DNA from: Candidatus Latescibacterota bacterium
GTDB taxonomy: Bacteria > Latescibacterota > UBA2968 > GCA-2709665
NCBI GenBank assembly: GCA_963667175.2
Contig: CAXXXF010000014.1
Location: 320,001 to 384,000 of the forward strand
Reading direction: 5' to 3'
DNA: 64,000 bases
Part shown: positions 12,373 through 21,741 of the stretch, in pieces
How the letters are laid out: every line of letters begins with the position of its first letter
How positions within the stretch are numbered: the first letter of the stretch is position 1
Made by a program: the position numbers and the translations under genes
The notes under the pieces: generated by a model
Told to the model about the DNA's origin: nothing
Seen by the model: only the letters and a program-made list of their open reading frames with translations
Database searches by the model: none

Positions 12373-13218
12373 TCACACCGCGCGGTTGGCGTCGTCGTAG
12401 TACTGATTGATGCCGGGTACTTCTCTCATCCCGTGCCATACGCCTCTGAACAGCGACTGGCGTTTGGGCGGCAGCGCGGCGATCACCTCCGCGGGGGGGC
12501 ACCCCTTGCCCCACTTGGCGTTGACCGTGTTGTAGCAGGTGAAGAGACTCAGCCGGTCGCGGGTCTCGTTGGTCCAGCGCGTTCCCGTGTGGCAGAGCGC
12601 CTCGGTAAAGATCACCGCCGATCCCGCGGGACAGGTGTAGGTCTCCCACAGCGAACTGTCCCGGCCGCTGACTTCCTCGGGTCGCGGAAAGGCCGCCTTG
12701 TGGCTGCCCGTGAGGAACATCGTTCCCCCGTCTCCCGGACCCACCTCATTGAGTTCCCACACCACGCGGGTCAGGCCCGAATGGACCTTCCCAGGCAGCA
12801 TCTGGTAAATATGGGAATTGCCGGAAAAGGAAAAATAGGCGCCTCCGCCGTGGGGCCGGAAGTTGTCGTGGCCGGCCTCTCGGTGGCTGGTGTACGTGTG
12901 ATCGTACCGGAACCCGTAGCAGTCTTCCGTTGCCAGCGGGCGATGCGAGAGGATTTCGTTAAGCACGCCGACAACCGCCGGATGATCCAGAAGCGCCTGT
13001 GACGGCCCCCCGTGGTTGTCGCGTTCCTCCGGGGAAAGCGCGTCGCGACGGTAGAGAAAGTCCATCTGGTGCCGCCGGATCCGGTCGAGTTGATCTTCGT
13101 CGAACAATCCGGGCAGAGAAATCCAGCCTTTCAGATCGAACGTGTACTTCTGCGCGTCGGTCATCGGCACAACCGGGAGACCGTCCGCGTTGGTGGTGGG
13201 GAGAAGCTCGGTATCCAT
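12373..13218 (-). CDS. PhyH-family Fe(II)/2OG enzyme with HxG instead of HxD
   Basis: FDLKGWISLPGL, RPHGGG, DGGTMFLTGSHK, AGSAVIFTEALCHTG..W...R. Confidence 0.88.
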   Translation of the reverse strand: MDTELLPTTNADGLPVVPMTDAQKYTFDLKGWISLPGLFDEDQLDRIRRHQMDFLYRRDALSPEERDNHGGPSQALLDHPAVVGVLNEILSHRPLATEDCYGFRYDHTYTSHREAGHDNFRPHGGGAYFSFSGNSHIYQMLPGKVHSGLTRVVWELNEVGPGDGGTMFLTGSHKAAFPRPEEVSGRDSSLWETYTCPAGSAVIFTEALCHTGTRWTNETRDRLSLFTCYNTVNAKWGKGCPPAEVIAALPPKRQSLFRGVWHGMREVPGINQYYDDANRAV

Positions 13219-13343
13219 AAATGACCTCGCAGGTTGATAGGGGTTGCGCTGTCTGCCGGTGCCGGTCCCACAAGAGCGGTGAGACGGGAGATGGAAGAGG
13301 AAAAACGGTTAGCGATATGCCGTCGCGATGTCAATCGGCGACG

Positions 13344-13412
13344 CGGACAGACAGGAACGTCTGCCCGCCTGCGCATGCCAGTGACGCTTTGGCAGGCAGG
13401 CCCCACCCTCAA
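13344..13412. repeat. Third copy of the CAGACAGGAA(T/C)GTCTG-CCCCACCCTCAA hairpin, carrying the 37-bp mini-palindrome (13364-13400)
   Basis: Matches 6886-6917 (empty) and 8740-8806 (filled). Confidence 0.8.
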
Positions 13413-13688
13413 ACCGGCTTCCTCAGCATGCGATTCCAAGATACTTCCGCGGCGGCGAAAATTCAAGACGCGCGGCGCATGCGGTTGCGTCGCCCTAGCC
13501 GGGCAGACCATAGCCCCCGGCCGGATTTGAAATTTCTGCATCCAAAGCCGCAAAACAACTTTGATCTCGCGCCTTTTCCGTCTATATTTGAGACAAATCG
13601 ACAACAAACCGGGGTTTTTGACCAGGACTTCAAACGTAGTTCAGTCGTTACCCCACGGATCGTCTTTTCCAACGCAGGAGACAGGCAC

Positions 13689-14789
13689 ATGTCAGATCAG
13701 ACCGGCGGTCACGTCACGGTCTACGTCGGCACCTACACGGACGATCGGACCGAAGGCCTGCACATACTTCGACTCAAACCCTCCTCCGGAGAACTGGAAG
13801 CCGTCTCGAAGGTCCCCGACGTCCACAACCCCTTCTTCCTCGCCGAAGACGCGGGCGCACGGTTCCTTTATGCCGCCTGCGCCGTCGACGAATTCGACGG
13901 CAGACCCGGAGGCTGCATCAAGGCGTTCTCCATCGATCCCGGGTCCGGCGGCCTTACGCTGCTCAACGAAGAGCATGCCGGGGGCGACCTGCCCTGCTAT
14001 CTCAGCGTTGACCGCTCCGGCCGCTGTCTGCTGTCCGGGAACTACGGATCGGGCAGCCTGAGCGCGCTTCCCATCGATGGAAACGGCCATCTCGAACCGG
14101 TCTCACAGATCGTCCTGCACGAGGGATCCAGCGTCGACACGGGGCGGCAGGAGGCGCCTCACGTTCATTCTGTCGTTCTCTCGCCCGATCACCGATTCGC
14201 GTTTGCCGCCGACCTGGGTATCGACAAGGTCATGTGCTATGAACTGGATGCGTCGTCGGCCTCCATCGAGCCGACCGGGCAGGCGTTCGTGTCCACACGG
14301 GCCGGCGCGGGACCCCGGCACATCTCCTTCCATCCCGATGGCAGCAGGGCGTACGTGATCAACGAGCTCGACAGCACCATCGCCGTCTTTGACTACGAAG
14401 CGGAAACCGGATCCCTTGCCGAACGCCAGACCCTTTCCGCCCTGCCCGATGACTACGTCGGCGAGAACTTCTGCGCGGACGTCCGGGTCCATCCGTCCGG
14501 CCGTTTCCTCTACGGCTCCAACCGGGGGCACGACAGCATCACGGTGATGGCGATTGACGGCGCAACGGGCGAACTCTCGCCACTCGGCCACGAGCCATCC
14601 CGCGGCGCGTGGCCCTGGAACCTGGAATTCGATCCCGCCGGCAGATATCTCCTCGTCGCCAACCAGCGCGGCAACGCGGTCTCCTGTTTCCGGATCGTCC
14701 CTGACACCGGCGCCCTCGATCCCGTCGGCAGTCCCGTTGAGGTACCGGGCGCAGTCTGTGTTGAAATTCCATCCCCGGCCGTTCGATAA
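13689..14789 (+). CDS. Lactonase family (6-phosphogluconolactonase/cycloisomerase-like beta-propeller)
   Basis: YVGTYT, GNYGSG, RQEAPHVH, DLGID, GAGPRH, SNRGHDS; GGAG RBS before ATG 13689. Confidence 0.92.
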   Translation: MSDQTGGHVTVYVGTYTDDRTEGLHILRLKPSSGELEAVSKVPDVHNPFFLAEDAGARFLYAACAVDEFDGRPGGCIKAFSIDPGSGGLTLLNEEHAGGDLPCYLSVDRSGRCLLSGNYGSGSLSALPIDGNGHLEPVSQIVLHEGSSVDTGRQEAPHVHSVVLSPDHRFAFAADLGIDKVMCYELDASSASIEPTGQAFVSTRAGAGPRHISFHPDGSRAYVINELDSTIAVFDYEAETGSLAERQTLSALPDDYVGENFCADVRVHPSGRFLYGSNRGHDSITVMAIDGATGELSPLGHEPSRGAWPWNLEFDPAGRYLLVANQRGNAVSCFRIVPDTGALDPVGSPVEVPGAVCVEIPSPAVR

Positions 14790-14790
14790 C

Positions 14791-16011
14791 ATGGCGCCAT
14801 CCACCAACGACGGACCCCTCGCCGGATGTCGCGTACTGGAGATGGGCAGCACCGTTTCCGGCCCGTTCTGCGGCCGCCTCCTGGCGGACTTCGGCGCGGA
14901 AGTCATCAAAGTGGAGCCGCCGTCCGGAGACCCGGTGCGCCAGATGGGCAGACGCAGCCGGGGCCGCTCGCTGTACGCGGCCAGCATCCTGCGCAACAAA
15001 CATCTCATCTCGGTGGATCTCAGAACACCCGGGGGTCAGGACGTCGTCAAGCGGCTGGTGAGCGCCTGCGACGTGGTTGTCGAGAATTTCCGGCCGGGAA
15101 CGCTGGAGGCGTGGAACCTGGGTTACGACAGCCTCGCCGCGGTCAACCGCGGCATCATCCTCGTCCGAATCAGCGGGTACGGACAGACGGGCCCCTACCG
15201 CCACCGCCCCGGATACGGCGTGACCAGCGAGGCGGTGGGCGGACTCAGAGAGATCACGGGCGAGCCCGACCGGCCGCCCAGCCGTGTGAGTATCTCCCTC
15301 ACGGATTGCATTACGGGGCTGTACGCCGCATTCGGCGCGGTCATGGCACTCTTCTCCAGGAACCGAACGGGTCGCGGGCAGGTGATTGACGCGGCGCTGT
15401 ACGAGGGGGCGTTCAGCTTTATGGAACCCCATGTCCCGGCATTCGCCGCGCTGGGGGCCGTCCCCACCCGTACGGGGTCCAGGTTGCCGAACAGCACGCC
15501 GAACAACCTCTATCCCACGGCGGACGGGGACTTCATCCACGTCACCGCGGGCAACGACGCCACCTTCGAACGCCTCGCCGCGTGCATGGGCGCCCCGCAT
15601 CTTGCCGAAGACGAACGCTTCAGGACACCCACGGCCCGGTCGCGGCACGAGGACGACATCGACGGCATCATCGCCGACTGGACGTCGGGGCGTCCGCTCA
15701 CGGAACTGGAGCGCGAGCTGGACGCGAGTGCCGTACCTGCCGCCAGGATATTCACGCTGCGGGACATTTTCGCCGATGAACACTACCGTGCGCGAGATAT
15801 GCTGGTGGAAATGCCGGATGACGTGCTCGGGTCGGTCACGCTGCCGGGCGTGGTGCCCGGTCTTTCGGAAACGCCGGGCGCCGTGCGTTGGGCCGGGCGG
15901 GAAGTGGGGGTCGATACCAGGGACGTACTGACACGGGTCGCAGGATACGAAGCCTGTGAAATTCACGCGCTTGCCCGGCAGAAGACCATTTACGCGACGT
16001 CACCGCCTTGA
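14791..16011 (+). CDS. CoA-transferase family III (CaiB/BaiF)
   Basis: GPLAGCRVLE, LADFGAEVIKVEPPSGD, RNK, VVVENFRPG, SGYGQTGPY. Confidence 0.93.
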   Translation: MAPSTNDGPLAGCRVLEMGSTVSGPFCGRLLADFGAEVIKVEPPSGDPVRQMGRRSRGRSLYAASILRNKHLISVDLRTPGGQDVVKRLVSACDVVVENFRPGTLEAWNLGYDSLAAVNRGIILVRISGYGQTGPYRHRPGYGVTSEAVGGLREITGEPDRPPSRVSISLTDCITGLYAAFGAVMALFSRNRTGRGQVIDAALYEGAFSFMEPHVPAFAALGAVPTRTGSRLPNSTPNNLYPTADGDFIHVTAGNDATFERLAACMGAPHLAEDERFRTPTARSRHEDDIDGIIADWTSGRPLTELERELDASAVPAARIFTLRDIFADEHYRARDMLVEMPDDVLGSVTLPGVVPGLSETPGAVRWAGREVGVDTRDVLTRVAGYEACEIHALARQKTIYATSPP

Positions 16012-16067
16012 AATGCAGTAAGCTGGATGCAGCAGGTGGCCTGGCGCCCGGTGTACAGGAGACACAG

Positions 16068-17633
16068 ATGAACTGGCAGAAAGAAACCGATGAACTCGAC
16101 GCGCGTCGATCCTGGTCCAGAAAGATGGGCGGGGCCGAGAACGTCGAACGCCATCACGGACAGGGAAAGCTCACCATTCGCGAACGCATCGACGCCCTGG
16201 TGGACAGCGGCTCGTTCACAGAGGTCGGGAGCCTCAGCGGCACAGGCGAGTACGACGAGGCCGGCAACGTCGTCAACGTGCAGCCCGCCCCCTACATCAT
16301 GGGCGTGGCCCGCATCAACGGAAGACCCGTGGCCATCGGCGGAGAGGATTTTACCGTCCGGGGCGGCAGCAGTCCCGGCACCCACCGGCGAAAGGGCGGA
16401 CAGGGCGGCTTTATTGAGGACCTTGCATCCAAGTATCTCATTCCGCTCGTCAACCTCGCGGACGGGGCCGGCGGTTCGGTCCGCGGCGCCGTAAAACGGG
16501 GGTACACCGTATTCCCCGGCGTCAGCAGTTTCGGCCGCTCCGTCCAACTCCTCGGCGAAGTCCCTGTTGTATCCGCCGTACTCGGCAGCGCGGCCGGCGG
16601 TCCCGCCGGACGGGCCATACTCTCGCACTGGTCCGTCATGGTACGACGCACGAGCCAGATCTTCTCCGGCGGTCCGCCCCTCGTCAAGCGGGCGCTCGGG
16701 GTAGAGGTATCAAAGGATGACCTTGGCGGACCCCACATCGCGGTGGACGCGGCCGGCACGGTCGACAATGCGGTCGATACCGAACGCGAGTGCTTTTACA
16801 TGATCCGGCGATTTCTCTCCTACATGCCCCAGAACGTATGGGAACTGCCCCCCGCCGAGTCCAGCGACGACCCGGTTGACCGGTGTGACGAGGAACTGTT
16901 GTCAATCGTCCCAAGAGAACGCACCTCCCCCTATTCGATGCACCGCCTGGTCGAACTGGTAGTGGACAAGGGCTCCGTCTTTGAAATCCAGCCGACGTTC
17001 GGACGCGCGCTCATCACCTGCCTCGCCCGGCTCAACGGCCATCCGGTAGGAATCGTCGCCAACAACCCCATGGTGTCCGGCGGCGCGATGGGCGCCGGCG
17101 AAGCCAAAAAACAGACCCATTTCATCGAACTGTGCGACTGCTTCCACGTCCCGCTGATCTTTTTCGTGGACATCCCCGGATTCATGATCGGCGCCGCCGC
17201 CGAGCAGGAGGCGACCCTGCGCGAAGGGATGAAAGCGGTCTTCGCGATTCACAGGGTCCGTGTGCCCATCCTCACCCTTGTGATCCGGAAGTGTTACGGC
17301 ATGGCCGGAATGGCCGCCGGCGACATGGACGAACTGGACTTCAAGATCGCCTGGCCTTCCGGAGAGTGGGGCTCCCTCCCCATCGAAGGAGGCGTTGCCG
17401 CGGCCTACCGTCGGGATATCGCGAATTCCGAGAACCCGGAAGCCCGTGAGAAGGAACTTGAAGAGGAACTCCGACAGTTCGCGTCTCCATTCCGCTCCGC
17501 GGAAGCCTTTGCGGTCGAGGAAATCATCGATCCGCGCGAAACCCGCCCCTTTCTCTGCAACTTCATTTCCCTCACCCGCAACCGCCTCAAGAGCCTGCTC
17601 GGTCCCACCGATAAACGAGGCGTTTCGCCGTAG
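16068..17633 (+). CDS. Acyl-CoA carboxylase/decarboxylase beta (carboxyltransferase) subunit
   Basis: GKLTIRERIDALVD, DFTVRGGS, GGPPLVK, VDIPGFMIG, IIDPRETR. Confidence 0.92.
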   Translation: MNWQKETDELDARRSWSRKMGGAENVERHHGQGKLTIRERIDALVDSGSFTEVGSLSGTGEYDEAGNVVNVQPAPYIMGVARINGRPVAIGGEDFTVRGGSSPGTHRRKGGQGGFIEDLASKYLIPLVNLADGAGGSVRGAVKRGYTVFPGVSSFGRSVQLLGEVPVVSAVLGSAAGGPAGRAILSHWSVMVRRTSQIFSGGPPLVKRALGVEVSKDDLGGPHIAVDAAGTVDNAVDTERECFYMIRRFLSYMPQNVWELPPAESSDDPVDRCDEELLSIVPRERTSPYSMHRLVELVVDKGSVFEIQPTFGRALITCLARLNGHPVGIVANNPMVSGGAMGAGEAKKQTHFIELCDCFHVPLIFFVDIPGFMIGAAAEQEATLREGMKAVFAIHRVRVPILTLVIRKCYGMAGMAAGDMDELDFKIAWPSGEWGSLPIEGGVAAAYRRDIANSENPEAREKELEEELRQFASPFRSAEAFAVEEIIDPRETRPFLCNFISLTRNRLKSLLGPTDKRGVSP

Positions 17634-17923
17634 CGTCGCTACGCAGCCCCTCCGCCCCCAAAGCCACGTCTCCCCGGGTGAGACGGAAGACGGGAGAGGG
17701 GAGATAATGACATCGCGTCCACAGGATGACGATATGGGCTGGCGTTGTCAATTCATCAATTCGCGAAGACCTGTCTCCTGCGCGAAACCAATTATCGAGT
17801 GGGTTGTCCGACGAAAGGCGCCCTGTCAGGACGCGATAGATAAACCGCAGGCGGACCAACTCGTCTACCGTCTTCCGTCTCACCGCCTTAGTGTTACCCA
17901 TGTCCCAGAACACCTTTCGGTAA

Positions 17924-17969
17924 TGTATGTAATCTTGATATATTGTATGAAATCTTGTATATTTATACA
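17924..17969 (+). promoter_or_regulatory. AT-rich operator/promoter of the TA operon
   Basis: 20-bp direct repeat tgtatg(t/a)aatcttg... (17924-17943, 17944-17963) plus imperfect palindrome tgtatatttataca (17956-17969). Confidence 0.55.
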
Positions 17970-17998
17970 TAAACCAGATACCATCGAAGGAGGCATAT

Positions 17999-18313
17999 AT
18001 GCCGCGTGACAGGACGTTACACATCAAGCTCGATGAAGAGACGGACTCGATGCTCAGAAGATTGGCGGAGATCCGCCGGAAGAGCAGAGGACAGCTTGTC
18101 CGGGACGCGATATCGGCATGTTATCAGACGGCGTTCGCCGAGTTGCCGCTCCGGCAGAGCCGGGCGCTCGCCGCCTATCGGGGCGGGTACATCAGCCTCG
18201 GGAAACTCGCCAGGGAAATGGGCATGCACGTGTTGCAGCTGAGAGCCTGGCTGAACGAACACGGCATTCCCCAGCGCAACGTGTACGGAGACGAGGACGC
18301 CGCACGTGCCTGA
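17999..18313 (+). CDS. Antitoxin: ribbon-helix-helix plus UPF0175-like domain
   Basis: TLHIKLDEE...SRGQLVRDAI, then YRGGYISLGKLAREMG; AGGAGG RBS. Confidence 0.8.
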   Translation: MPRDRTLHIKLDEETDSMLRRLAEIRRKSRGQLVRDAISACYQTAFAELPLRQSRALAAYRGGYISLGKLAREMGMHVLQLRAWLNEHGIPQRNVYGDEDAARA

Positions 18314-18818
18314 ATCCGGCGCCCGTTCTTATCTCGACACCGTTACCCTGAGCAATTTCGCCCTCTCGGGCCGCATCGACGTGCTCGTTGCGAGATACGG
18401 ACGGCGCGCAATCGTCCCGCAGCAGGTCCTCGACGAGATTGCAGACGGTATCGTCACGGGATATTCGGATTTGCGGGGGGTTGAGGCGGCGGTTGCAAAC
18501 GGGGAATTCAGCAGCGCGGAAGGCTTCTCCGCGGAAGAACGCGAGTTCTACCGTAATCTGCTGCGGACCCTGTCGCCGGGAGAAGCGTCGTGCGTAACCC
18601 TCGCGCGAACCCGCGGGGGCGTTGTCGTCACGGACGACCGGACGGCCAGAAACCGCTGCTTCGATGACGGCGTTCCCGTTACGGGAACGATCGGAATCCT
18701 CAAAGCGTGCGTGCTGGATGGAATCCTGTCGCCCCGGGAAGCCGATGACGCTCTGCGAGCGATGACGGCTGCCGGATATTACTCAGCGGTCAGCAGTATC
18801 AGCGCCGTTGTCCGGTGA
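18306..18818 (+). CDS. PIN-domain (DUF3368-like) toxin
   Basis: YLDTVTLSNF, LSPGEASC, VVTDDRTAR, GTIGIL; overlaps the antitoxin stop. Confidence 0.83.
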   Translation: MPESGARSYLDTVTLSNFALSGRIDVLVARYGRRAIVPQQVLDEIADGIVTGYSDLRGVEAAVANGEFSSAEGFSAEEREFYRNLLRTLSPGEASCVTLARTRGGVVVTDDRTARNRCFDDGVPVTGTIGILKACVLDGILSPREADDALRAMTAAGYYSAVSSISAVVR

Positions 18819-20705
18819 CGAAGACACGCGGCCGGCGGACCGGCGGTTCATGAACGCGACGATTCCGGCAACGAGGACGGCGGACCCCTGAATCCAGACC
18901 CGCAAGCCGCCGGAAGGGGTGAGAAAGAGGACAAGCGCCGCAGCGAGCAGGATGCCGCGCTGCCAGGGATTCAGAGGGGCGAAGCCGTACCCGGAGATAG
19001 CCGCGGCCAGTGGAAGAATCCCGGCGAACACGACGAGGACGTTGACGACGGTCGACGCAAGGTCCGTGGAGACGAGAAGCAGTTCGGGATGCAGTACGAA
19101 GGCGTAGGGCAGGGCGAAACCCACCAGGGCGAAACGAAATGCCGCGAGGCCCGTGCGCATGATGTCCGCCTTCGCGATTGCGGCTGCGGTGTAGGCGGCC
19201 AGCGCGACGGGCGGCGTCACCATCGACATCATCCCGAAATAGAAGATGAACAGATGCGCCGCCAGGGGCACAACGCCCAGTTCGCCCAGGACAGGGCCGA
19301 CGAGCGTGGCCATCAGGAGATAGCAGACGGCCGAAGGCAGGCCCATTCCCAGGATGATTGTGGAAATCATCAACAGAATCAGGGCAAGGACGAGGTTGTT
19401 CTGCGCCAGCGGCAGAATGGCGCCGGGCAGCCTGGCGCCGACCCCCGTGAGGGTGACCACCCCGATGATGATGCCCACGCAGGCAGCCGCCGCGATGAGG
19501 GACACGCCGCCGTGGGCCGCGCCCTCCACGGCGCGCAGCAGCGAACGGGGCCCCATGCGCGTCGACGGCTTCAACGCGGCCGCCAGGAGCGTGCAGACCA
19601 GGGCGATGCTGACCGCCCGGAACGGCGTATACCCGAGGACGATCAGCACGATCAGGCTCAGCAGCGCCACGAGGAATACAACGCCTGGGGCGCTCCGGGG
19701 GCGATCCGGGGGACGTTCATCGCCCGCGGCAACCCGGATGCGCCGGGCGTGAAAGTGGACGATCAGCAGAAGCGCGGTATAGTAGAATACCGCGGGGATG
19801 AGCGCCGCCCTGACGATCTCCAGGTAGGTGACCGCCGGATCGACCATCTCCAGCATCATGTAGGCGCCCGCGCCCATAATCGGCGGCGCCAGCGCACCGC
19901 CCGAACTGGCGGCCGCTTCGATCCCCCCTGCCGCCACGGGCCGGAATCCTGCCGAACGCATCATCGGAATTGTAAACGTACCGGTTGTGGCCGTGTTCGC
20001 GACCGCGCTCCCGGAAAGTGATCCCATGATCCCTGACGAGACGACGGCAACCTTCGCGGGCCCGCCGGTGCGCCTTCCGAAAAACCTGCGCGCGGTATCC
20101 AGTACGTACCCGGTCGCGCCCGTCCCTTCCAGCGTCGTGCCGAACAGAACGAAGAGAAAGACATACGTGAACATCACCTTCAGCGCGATGCCGAACACGC
20201 CCTGCGAATGCAGAAAGGTCTGGGAGACAATACGCTCCCAGCCGTACCCCCTGTGAGGAAAGAGCCAGTCGGGCATGACGTGGCCCAGGGCGGCATACGC
20301 CAGGAACGCGAGAGACAGCAGCGGCAGCGTGGGCCCGATCGCACGGCGGGTCGCTTCCAGGATGAGAATCAGACCGACCAGGCCGACCGCCCAATCCAGC
20401 GGAAGTTCCAGACCCGCGCGATTGCCCAGACTGCGGCCGCCCAGCCAGAAGGCTTCGAAGACCGGTTCGGTCTGAATCACCACGTAGCCGAAGCAAAAGA
20501 GTACAGCGGCAACGAAAAGCAGGGCCAGTGGTCTTCTCCTGGCAACTCCGGTACCGACCTGCGGCTTCAGGAATACAAGACTCAAGCCCAACATGGCAAA
20601 GAAAGCCAGTTGGGCTTGAGGCGTCAGTCCCGGATAGTTGACCTCAGCCAGGACGAATAAACTCAGCAGGACCGCCAGGATGCGAAAAAGCCATGTCTCG
20701 AGCAT
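18783..20705 (-). CDS. TRAP transporter fused 4TM/12TM permease (TAXI type)
   Basis: GGPAKVAVVSS, SGSAVANTATTG, EAAASSGG..PPIMGAGA, TPPVALAAY. Confidence 0.95.
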   Translation of the reverse strand: MLETWLFRILAVLLSLFVLAEVNYPGLTPQAQLAFFAMLGLSLVFLKPQVGTGVARRRPLALLFVAAVLFCFGYVVIQTEPVFEAFWLGGRSLGNRAGLELPLDWAVGLVGLILILEATRRAIGPTLPLLSLAFLAYAALGHVMPDWLFPHRGYGWERIVSQTFLHSQGVFGIALKVMFTYVFLFVLFGTTLEGTGATGYVLDTARRFFGRRTGGPAKVAVVSSGIMGSLSGSAVANTATTGTFTIPMMRSAGFRPVAAGGIEAAASSGGALAPPIMGAGAYMMLEMVDPAVTYLEIVRAALIPAVFYYTALLLIVHFHARRIRVAAGDERPPDRPRSAPGVVFLVALLSLIVLIVLGYTPFRAVSIALVCTLLAAALKPSTRMGPRSLLRAVEGAAHGGVSLIAAAACVGIIIGVVTLTGVGARLPGAILPLAQNNLVLALILLMISTIILGMGLPSAVCYLLMATLVGPVLGELGVVPLAAHLFIFYFGMMSMVTPPVALAAYTAAAIAKADIMRTGLAAFRFALVGFALPYAFVLHPELLLVSTDLASTVVNVLVVFAGILPLAAAISGYGFAPLNPWQRGILLAAALVLFLTPSGGLRVWIQGSAVLVAGIVAFMNRRSAGRVSSSPDNGADTADR

Positions 20706-20706
20706 G

Positions 20707-21705
20707 TCAGTTGGGCCAGATTCCGATTTCCCTGTAAAACCTGATCGCCCCGGGATGGAACGGTGTGCCGGTATCCCGAATCACGTTCCCAGGCTGGATG
20801 GCTTTGCCCGCGGGATGCTTCTTCACCACGTCCGCGCGGTTCTCGTAGAGAATCCTGGTAAACCGGTAGACCGTCTCCTCGTCCAGGGCGGCAGGCGTCA
20901 CAAGGTGCATCGAGCCCACGTTCATGCCGTCGAAGGCCTCCGCCTGGCCGCGATAGGTATTCGCCGGAATACTTGCCGCATTGAAGAACGGATAGTCCCG
21001 GAACAGACGTTCTTTTTCGGGAACGCCGAAGGGTATGAAGCGGACGTCCTGCGAAGCGCTCGCCTGGGTGATGGACGCCGTGGGCACGGCGCCGCCCAGA
21101 AAGGCCGCGGCGGCGGACCCGTCCGCGAGCATATCCACGGCGCCGGCCTGCGTATTGTGCAACGGGCTGAAGTCCTCGTAGGTGACACCGTGAGCATTCA
21201 GTATCGGCGCGAGGAAATACTCGAACCCGGCGCCGGCGGGGCCAACGACAACCCGTTTGCCCCTGAGATCGCCGATGGCGCGGATTTCCGTGCCTTCCGG
21301 CGTCACGAAGAGAGCGATATTCGGGGCCAGCGTCATCACGGCGTTGATGGCCTGCTTTTCGCCCCAGGCGCCCTCGCCCCGCACCGCAAAATACGATATC
21401 GCGGCATTGGCCAGCGCGAAATCCAGCTCCCCGCGCACGAGCCGGCGGATGTTCTCCTGCGTCCCCTTGGTCGCCTCCGCGGATACGTCCCACGACAGGT
21501 CGCCCGCGCGGTCGTCCACGACCTGCGCGATCGCGCCGCCGACCACAAAAAACGCGCCCCCCGGCGGCGCGGTGCCGACGCTCAGGAACCGGCGCTGGGG
21601 CTCGGTCGTTTCCCGCCCGCTGTCCGGCGCCTCGCATCCGAACGCAACCAGAAGGATTGCAATCGCTGCGCCGGCAACGCGTGTCATGCCCTCAAACCGG
21701 TCCAT
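20707..21705 (-). CDS. TAXI-family TRAP solute-binding lipoprotein
   Basis: GTAPPGGAFF, ATKGTQEN, DLRGKRV, PFHPGAIRFY; lipobox-like VAFGC; start chosen after AGAGGAG. Confidence 0.93.
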   Translation of the reverse strand: MDRFEGMTRVAGAAIAILLVAFGCEAPDSGRETTEPQRRFLSVGTAPPGGAFFVVGGAIAQVVDDRAGDLSWDVSAEATKGTQENIRRLVRGELDFALANAAISYFAVRGEGAWGEKQAINAVMTLAPNIALFVTPEGTEIRAIGDLRGKRVVVGPAGAGFEYFLAPILNAHGVTYEDFSPLHNTQAGAVDMLADGSAAAAFLGGAVPTASITQASASQDVRFIPFGVPEKERLFRDYPFFNAASIPANTYRGQAEAFDGMNVGSMHLVTPAALDEETVYRFTRILYENRADVVKKHPAGKAIQPGNVIRDTGTPFHPGAIRFYREIGIWPN

Positions 21706-21741
21706 CGAATCTCCTCTCTCCATTCGGTTCCGTGTCTCCAA

